Shown here: positions 59,217 through 64,000 of the stretch, piece by piece
Layout of the letters: each line of letters opens with the position of its first letter
How positions within the stretch are numbered: the stretch's first letter is position 1
Source of the DNA: Flavobacterium sp.
Lineage (GTDB): Bacteria; Bacteroidota; Bacteroidia; Flavobacteriales; Flavobacteriaceae
NCBI GenBank assembly: GCA_040396655.1
Contig: JBEBOB010000006.1
Span: 12,899 to 76,898, forward strand
Direction: 5' to 3'
DNA length: 64,000 nucleotides
Position numbers and translations under genes: made by a program
The notes under the pieces: model-generated
The model's input: the letters and a program-made list of their open reading frames with translations, nothing else
Databases searched by the model: none
Told to the model about the DNA's origin: nothing

Positions 59217-59262
59217 TTTTAATATAAAAAGGTGGATTTAAATCCACCTTTTTATATTAAAA
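59217..59262. terminator. Perfect 46-bp palindrome, bidirectional terminator
   Basis: TTTTAATATAAAAAGGTGGATTT|AAATCCACCTTTTTATATTAAAA between convergent genes. Confidence 0.8.
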
Positions 59263-59285
59263 ATTCTGAAAGCTTCAGATTTCGG

Positions 59286-60401
59286 TCAGGATGTTCCGGT
59301 TTTCCCTGTATCAAGATTCTTGGTAAGCAGCTGAACCAGCCGGTTGTCAGGAAAAAATTCTCTTAAAATAACCTTTATCGAAGTATAAAGCGGAACGGCT
59401 ATGATCATCCCGAACACGCCTGTAAGCAGTCCGCTGATAAGAATAACAAGAAAGATTTCAAGCGGATGCGATTTTACACTGTTCGAAAAAATATAGGGTT
59501 GCAGGAAATTGTTATCGAGAAACTGAATAACAATATAGGCCACCGATACATATAAGGCATGCGGTAAGGCTACCGTCATAAAATCCTGATCGATATAGCT
59601 CATGAGCGTAAACAATGAAGCAAGAACGTTGGCGATAAGCGGCCCTATATAGGGAACTATATTAAGCAGTGCGCTGATAAGTGCAATTACGATGGCCGTT
59701 TTGGTTCCAAATACAAGCAGTACGATATAGCAGGCTGCAAAAAAAATAAGCAGCTGTATACCCAGACCAAAGAAATATCTGGAAAGCAGGCGCTCAATCA
59801 TGTCAAAAGCCGTCATGAACTTATCGGTATGCGCTTCGGGGATCACATATTTTCTGATCTGATACTGGAAAACGGTTTTGTCGCGCAACAGAAAAAAAGT
59901 CATAAAGAAGGTTGCGCCCAAACCAATCGCGAACTGTCCCAGGAATCCAAAAAAAGAGTTGATGAACAGGGAAAGTTTCTCTTCTGTAAGCACGCTTGCA
60001 AATTTCCGGCTTCTCAGAAAATCGGCTTCGATACCAACGGTGGAAAGAGACTGGTGTATTTTTTCCTGGTATTCGCGGATGCTGAGCTGTATTTTTTGAA
60101 AATCGTTACCGCTTAAATGTTCCAGCTGGGCAGAAAAAAGCGGTACGAACATGCCGACGAATATAAGCAGCACCAGGCCGTATATTACAAGAACAAGTGA
60201 AACCGAGAGCGTTTTGCCGCACCTGCATCGATCCGAAAAAAAATTGCGCAGCGGTGTTCCCATAAGGGTAAGGATGACGGCGAGCAAAAGATAAATAAAG
60301 ACCGATTTTATGAGGTAAAGAAGGTATAAAATGCTGCATCCCAAAACAATAATGGCAAAAGCATTTACAATACCTTTTGTTATTTCTTTGGATGGTTTCA
60401 T
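59286..60401 (-). CDS. AI-2E family transporter
   Basis: LLNIVPYIGP, QFLDNNFLQPYIF, SVKSHPLEI, GMIIAVP. Confidence 0.92.
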   Translation of the reverse strand: MKPSKEITKGIVNAFAIIVLGCSILYLLYLIKSVFIYLLLAVILTLMGTPLRNFFSDRCRCGKTLSVSLVLVIYGLVLLIFVGMFVPLFSAQLEHLSGNDFQKIQLSIREYQEKIHQSLSTVGIEADFLRSRKFASVLTEEKLSLFINSFFGFLGQFAIGLGATFFMTFFLLRDKTVFQYQIRKYVIPEAHTDKFMTAFDMIERLLSRYFFGLGIQLLIFFAACYIVLLVFGTKTAIVIALISALLNIVPYIGPLIANVLASLFTLMSYIDQDFMTVALPHALYVSVAYIVIQFLDNNFLQPYIFSNSVKSHPLEIFLVILISGLLTGVFGMIIAVPLYTSIKVILREFFPDNRLVQLLTKNLDTGKTGTS

Positions 60402-60554
60402 GTTTTTTATTATAAATTTAATAAAAATAGTATTGATGTTTTATGTTTTTTAGCTTTTACATTGAAAATGATTTACATTCTGACTTCATGGAATGATGAA
60501 TAAATAATACCCTGTTTCCGATTGAAGGCTGGAATAGGGTATTTGATGGGTTTT

Positions 60555-60767
60555 TTAGGATTTTTTCTTTGTGGAGCTGCTTTTTTTAGAGGCATGTTTC
60601 TTTTTGGGCAGGTGGGCTCCTTCTTCCCTGGCTTTTGAAAGTCCGATGGCAATGGCCTGTTTACGGCTTGTCACCTTTTTACCGGTACCCGTTTTAAGGG
60701 TTCCTTCCTTCATCTCATGCACGGCTTTGCCGACCTTTTTGCCGGCCAGTTCACTTGATTTTGACAT
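60555..60767 (-). CDS. DUF6496-like small basic protein
   Basis: HEMKEGTLKTGTGKKVTSRKQAIAIGLSKAR, Lys/Ser tail; likely ATG 60767. Confidence 0.8.
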   Translation of the reverse strand: MSKSSELAGKKVGKAVHEMKEGTLKTGTGKKVTSRKQAIAIGLSKAREEGAHLPKKKHASKKSSSTKKKS

Positions 60768-60792
60768 AATATCTATTTTTTGTGATGATGCT

Positions 60793-61332
60793 TTATAAAG
60801 CAGAAACAACCTCCATAATCTTTTTGTTGAAGGCCGGGAGGTCTTTCGGAGTTCGGCTTGTAATAAGCCCCCTGTCTTCCACTACTTCGGCATCCTTCCA
60901 GTCCGATCCGGCATTGATTAGGTCTGCTTTGATGGCATTAACCGAAGTCAGCTTTCTGTTCTTTACAACCTCTGCATTAATGAGTACCTGCGGACCATGA
61001 CAAATTGCGGCAACAGGTTTTGCTGTTTCAAAAAAATGCCGGACAAAGGAAATTGCCTGTTCATTTGTACGCAGCTTGTCAGGATTCACGACTCCGCCCG
61101 GAATAACAAGGGCGTCGTAATCATTGGGCGAGGCTTTGGACAAGGGTACATCGGTATCGTAGTATTCCGACCATTCGTCTCCCGATTTTGACCTTACCCT
61201 GTCTGCCTGAGGTGAAACGATATGTACGGTGGCTCCGGCCTGGCGCAAAGCCTGCATCGGGCTTGTGAGTTCTATTTCTTCAAAACCGTTTTCGGTTAAA
61301 ATGGCAATTTTTTTTCCTTCGAGTTGTTGCAT
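60793..61332 (-). CDS. pfpI: PfpI/DJ-1 family (type 1 glutamine amidotransferase-like) stress protein
   Basis: GFEEIEL, DALVIPGG, AICHGP, LITSRTPKDL. Confidence 0.92.
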   Translation of the reverse strand: MQQLEGKKIAILTENGFEEIELTSPMQALRQAGATVHIVSPQADRVRSKSGDEWSEYYDTDVPLSKASPNDYDALVIPGGVVNPDKLRTNEQAISFVRHFFETAKPVAAICHGPQVLINAEVVKNRKLTSVNAIKADLINAGSDWKDAEVVEDRGLITSRTPKDLPAFNKKIMEVVSAL

Positions 61333-61343
61333 ATCATTTGTTT

Positions 61344-61772
61344 TTAAAGTTTAACGCCTGGTGTTTCAGCTTCGCTTAAAATTTTTTCTTCAGAGTGCGG
61401 AGTACCCGGGTGAGCGTTTATATAGTTGCCCGATATCCTGTCGAATTCTGCTGCCCGGTTTATAATGTGGCGCAACAGCTCGAAATGGATAATGGAACAG
61501 CTTAAATATTCCTGAATATTTAAAAATTCGTTGATCCGCTTGTTTGCCGCTAACGGACAAATAAGGTGTACGTATCCTACCACCATACGGTAAGCTTCGT
61601 CTTTCTTTAAAAGAACTGCTTCGGTAAATTCCGGTAAGCATTCAACAGCCGGTGAAGCTTCCTGTTCGTAAAAAGAGATAAGGTCGCTCTTTATCATGTT
61701 AAAATAACGCTCGGCTTTTTCAAAAAGGCGTGAATATTGTGCTGTATGAGGTAAAGTTGAAAAGACTGTCAT
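61344..61772 (-). CDS. Hypothetical protein
   Basis: 142-aa ORF, co-oriented and 11 nt upstream of pfpI. Confidence 0.5.
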   Translation of the reverse strand: MTVFSTLPHTAQYSRLFEKAERYFNMIKSDLISFYEQEASPAVECLPEFTEAVLLKKDEAYRMVVGYVHLICPLAANKRINEFLNIQEYLSCSIIHFELLRHIINRAAEFDRISGNYINAHPGTPHSEEKILSEAETPGVKL

Positions 61773-61879
61773 GATTTCTTTTATAGCATTATAAATTTAA
61801 CAATTTTATTCCTTATATAAAATGTAACTGTCTGTTAAACAGTTTGTTGTTGTTTTAACTGCGGTCAACAGTTATTTGT

Positions 61880-62104
61880 TCATCCATTAAGCGGGGTCTT
61901 GACGTAATTTTTATCCATAGGCAAAGAGTATGGCCGAAGTGTATCCTTTATAGGAACTTTTTCTTCTGTGATGGTCTTTTGCGGCTTTAACATAAGATAG
62001 CTGCCACCTATGAGCATAGCTGTAGGTAAAAGTGATATAGCTGTTACAACGAGTATGGGTATAAGTTTGTCAATAACGCGATGTTTAAAAGAAAGAATAT
62101 CCAT
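61880..62104 (-). CDS. Small single-TM hypothetical protein
   Basis: 74 aa with one hydrophobic helix. Confidence 0.45.
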   Translation of the reverse strand: MDILSFKHRVIDKLIPILVVTAISLLPTAMLIGGSYLMLKPQKTITEEKVPIKDTLRPYSLPMDKNYVKTPLNG

Positions 62105-62479
62105 ATGAAAGATATTTTAATGAAATAAATAAATCAGATACATGAAGAACATTAAGGGTATCAGTAAATCAATCAGATATAACAAAAAAATCCCTGTTTG
62201 GCCTTGCGGCAACAGAAAGAAACAAAGAGAACCTTAAGAAAAACAAAATAAAGAACGTTAGGAAAAAAGAGCTGCCTTAGGGCAGCTCACTTCTTTTCCA
62301 AGCAATTTTAGGGGGTGCATCCGGAAGTACTTTTACAACATCAGAAATGTATATGATCAACTCAAAAAGCATGTATTTCCAGATCTTAAAAACAAAGGGG
62401 AAAAAACGTCAATACGATGCGTAGGCCCTGTTGTTGTAAAGACGACTTCCGTTGCAAACTATAGTGATTAACCCGGAGG

Positions 62480-63175
62480 TTAAGATAATGATTCGCTTTT
62501 AGCTTCGAAATTAACATGCTCTTCTGCAATTTCTGTGAGGAGGAAATCGGTTTCTTCCTCTTCGTCGAGCGTCATTTCGAGCAGGTCGGCCACTTTTTCA
62601 TATCCAAGGGTAATGGCAATCTGTAGAAGGCCCCCATAGGTGGCAATTTCATAGTGCTCTACTTTCTGGGTACCTATAATCAGGGCAACATCGCGCGTCA
62701 TAGAACCGTCTTCGGTGTCTTTGACCATTTCGTCTACCTCTTTAAGGATTCCGTCAATGGCGTCGCATTTTTTCTTTTTAGCTTCCTTTCCCAGGTGTTT
62801 AAAAACCTTTTCGAGTCGGAGTATCTGCTTACGCGTTACGAGCTCGTGGTCTTCAAGAGCTTCCTGCAGCTCTTCGGAAGTGGCTTTGCCTTTAACCTTG
62901 GCAAGAGCCTGTTCTATAGCGGCCTCGGCATAATAAATATCCTGTAGGGCGCTTATAAAGAACTTTTCCAGTTCGGTATGAGGATGTTTGTTTTCCATAG
63001 CCTGTTCGTTTTTAGCTGTTTTCTTTTTTTGCATATCGGACTGCGAATCGGTATTATGAGTAGAAAGTTCCTGCTTTTCAACAGTATCGTTGTTTTCTTC
63101 TTCTATGGCAATAGTTCCGGCCTCTTCATTTTTTGAAGGAACCGATTTTTCTGCGGTTTTATCTTTTGCATTCAT
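62480..63175 (-). CDS. DUF892 (YciE/YciF) ferritin-like protein with a disordered N-terminus
   Basis: LQDIYYAE, RLEKVF, KKCDAIDGIL, QKVEHYEIATYG, TLDEEEETD. Confidence 0.93.
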   Translation of the reverse strand: MNAKDKTAEKSVPSKNEEAGTIAIEEENNDTVEKQELSTHNTDSQSDMQKKKTAKNEQAMENKHPHTELEKFFISALQDIYYAEAAIEQALAKVKGKATSEELQEALEDHELVTRKQILRLEKVFKHLGKEAKKKKCDAIDGILKEVDEMVKDTEDGSMTRDVALIIGTQKVEHYEIATYGGLLQIAITLGYEKVADLLEMTLDEEEETDFLLTEIAEEHVNFEAKSESLS

Positions 63176-63226
63176 ACATAAACATTTAAAGATTAATAAA
63201 GAAGAGGGAGGAATCTCCCTCTCTTC

Positions 63227-64000
63227 CTAACTATTTCTTCTGCCGCCGAAGCCAGAACGGCTTCTGCCAGATGCCAGACCTCCCATTCGGGCAATCTTTG
63301 TTCTCTTGGCTTTGCTCATGGATGCAAATCCTCGGTTTGAAGTATCTCCTGTGCTTCCGTTGGAACCTGAATTAGATCGTCCACGTCCTGAACGGTTTGA
63401 AGATGAACCTGAATTAGATCCGCTTCGGCTTGAAGATGAGCCTGAACTGCTGCGTCCTGAACCTGAATTAGAACCGCTGCGGTTTGAAGATGAACCTGAG
63501 CTGCTGCGTCCTGAACCTGAATTAGATCCGCTGCGGTTTGAAGATGAACCAGATCTGCCGCGTCCTGAACCTGAATTAGATCCGCTGCGTCCTGAACCTG
63601 AATTAGATCCGCTACGGTTTGAAGATGAACCTGAACTGCCGCGTCCGGAACCTGAATTAGATCTTCTCCGGTCTGAAGTTGAACTTGACCCACTACGTCC
63701 TGAGCCTGAATTAGATCCACCACGTCCTGATCCAGAACTTCTTCCACCTCTCGAAGATCCGCTTCGTGATCCTCCGCGTCCCTGAGAAGTAAATCGTCCC
63801 TGAGAATCTCTTGGATGTTGCTGATCGAAATCGTCCTCCTCATCGTCCCAGTCTTCCTCCTCATCGTCCCAGTCTTCCTCTTCATCATCCCAGTCTTCGT
63901 CTTCGTCGTCCCAATCCTCGTCTTCATCGTCCCAGTCTTCGTCTTCATCGTCCCAGTCGTTTCCGCTACCGGAATTGGAATGACCTTCGTGGAAATCATC
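63227..64000 (-). CDS. Partial KGG-motif stress protein with acidic DWDDEDE repeats and an S/G/R low-complexity tract (not in ORF track)
   Basis: Open minus-strand frame from 64000 to TAG at 63227-63229: ...(DWDDE[D/E][E/D])x6-DFDQQHPRDSQGRFTSQ-(GSNSGSGRS / GSSSNRS)n-NRGFASMSKAKRTKIARMGG...; hairpin terminator at 63201-63226. Confidence 0.85.
   Translation of the reverse strand, partial: DDFHEGHSNSGSGNDWDDEDEDWDDEDEDWDDEDEDWDDEEEDWDDEEEDWDDEEDDFDQQHPRDSQGRFTSQGRGGSRSGSSRGGRSSGSGRGGSNSGSGRSGSSSTSDRRRSNSGSGRGSSGSSSNRSGSNSGSGRSGSNSGSGRGRSGSSSNRSGSNSGSGRSSSGSSSNRSGSNSGSGRSSSGSSSSRSGSNSGSSSNRSGRGRSNSGSNGSTGDTSNRGFASMSKAKRTKIARMGGLASGRSRSGFGGRRNS
63345..63780 (-). repeat. Degenerate 21/27-bp coding repeats (S/G/N/R)
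   Basis: Recurrent GGATCTAATTCAGGTTCAGGACGC and GGTTCATCTTCAAACCGC units. Confidence 0.85.
63833..63958 (-). repeat. Six tandem 21-bp coding repeats
   Basis: GAC TGG GAC GAT GAA GAC GAA-type units with mostly third-position variation. Confidence 0.9.

Noticed and set aside
60409-61800. Identical 13-mer TTAAATTTATAAT upstream of the AI-2E gene and the 142-aa/pfpI operon
   Set aside because: Pure A/T and explained as a TAnnTTTA variant of the housekeeping -7 element; insufficient evidence for a stress-specific motif.
62280-62375. 31-codon minus-strand ORF (MLFELIIYISDVVKVLPDAPPKIAWKRSELP) before a terminator
   Set aside because: It runs into the terminator stem and has no motif or clear promoter; the hairpin more simply terminates the DUF892 transcript.
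63345-63958. CRISPR array
   Set aside because: The repeats are in-frame coding units without unique spacers, and there are no cas genes.
63316-63999. Track ORFs 63316..63999 (-) and 63306..63785 (+) with repetitive products
   Set aside because: Shadow frames of the repeat tract. The third minus frame gives a recognisable KGG motif, mostly third-position variation in the repeats and a terminator after its stop.

Overview
Chromosomal window from a Bacteroidota (Flavobacteriaceae-like) genome. Canonical TAnnTTTG -7 promoter elements, intrinsic terminators and Gln+1 signal peptides occur throughout. I found no rRNA, tRNA, CRISPR array or intact mobile element. Layout: (i) 1-21.2 kb is mostly housekeeping (pepT, dnaB, accA, LptF/G, tgt, fahA, glyA, kdsB, RecD-like helicase, rsmD) plus an AraC gene split by an in-frame TAG. 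(ii) 21.2-32.0 kb is a short-chain fatty acid locus: acs, a PrpE-like ligase, a REC-only response regulator, an SLC5-STAC-histidine kinase with a small overlapping partner ORF, an MFS transporter, a porin-like protein and a stand-alone InsA-like Zn-finger/HTH protein. A 22-bp motif is shared by two of its promoter regions. (iii) An ABC-F gene with a candidate RLK-stop leader peptide, and a heavy-metal RND system whose CzcA is fused to a TolC domain through an internal signal peptide. (iv) 41.7-48.5 kb holds the best novelty candidate: a six-gene cluster with the hallmarks of a chaperone-usher-like pilus (three Cys-free paralogous pilin-like proteins with donor-strand-like N-termini, a PapD-like chaperone, a 938-aa usher-like outer membrane protein, an AraC regulator). 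This pilus class is not among the established Bacteroidota appendages. (v) An iron uptake locus (two TonB-dependent receptors, PepSY-TM) with two matching Fur-like boxes. (vi) 55-64 kb is a general-stress gene cluster (Dps, YtxH, PfpI, DUF892 and others). It ends in a partial, disordered acidic/RS-rich KGG protein that the ORF track missed. All family assignments come from motif recognition by eye; no searches were run.
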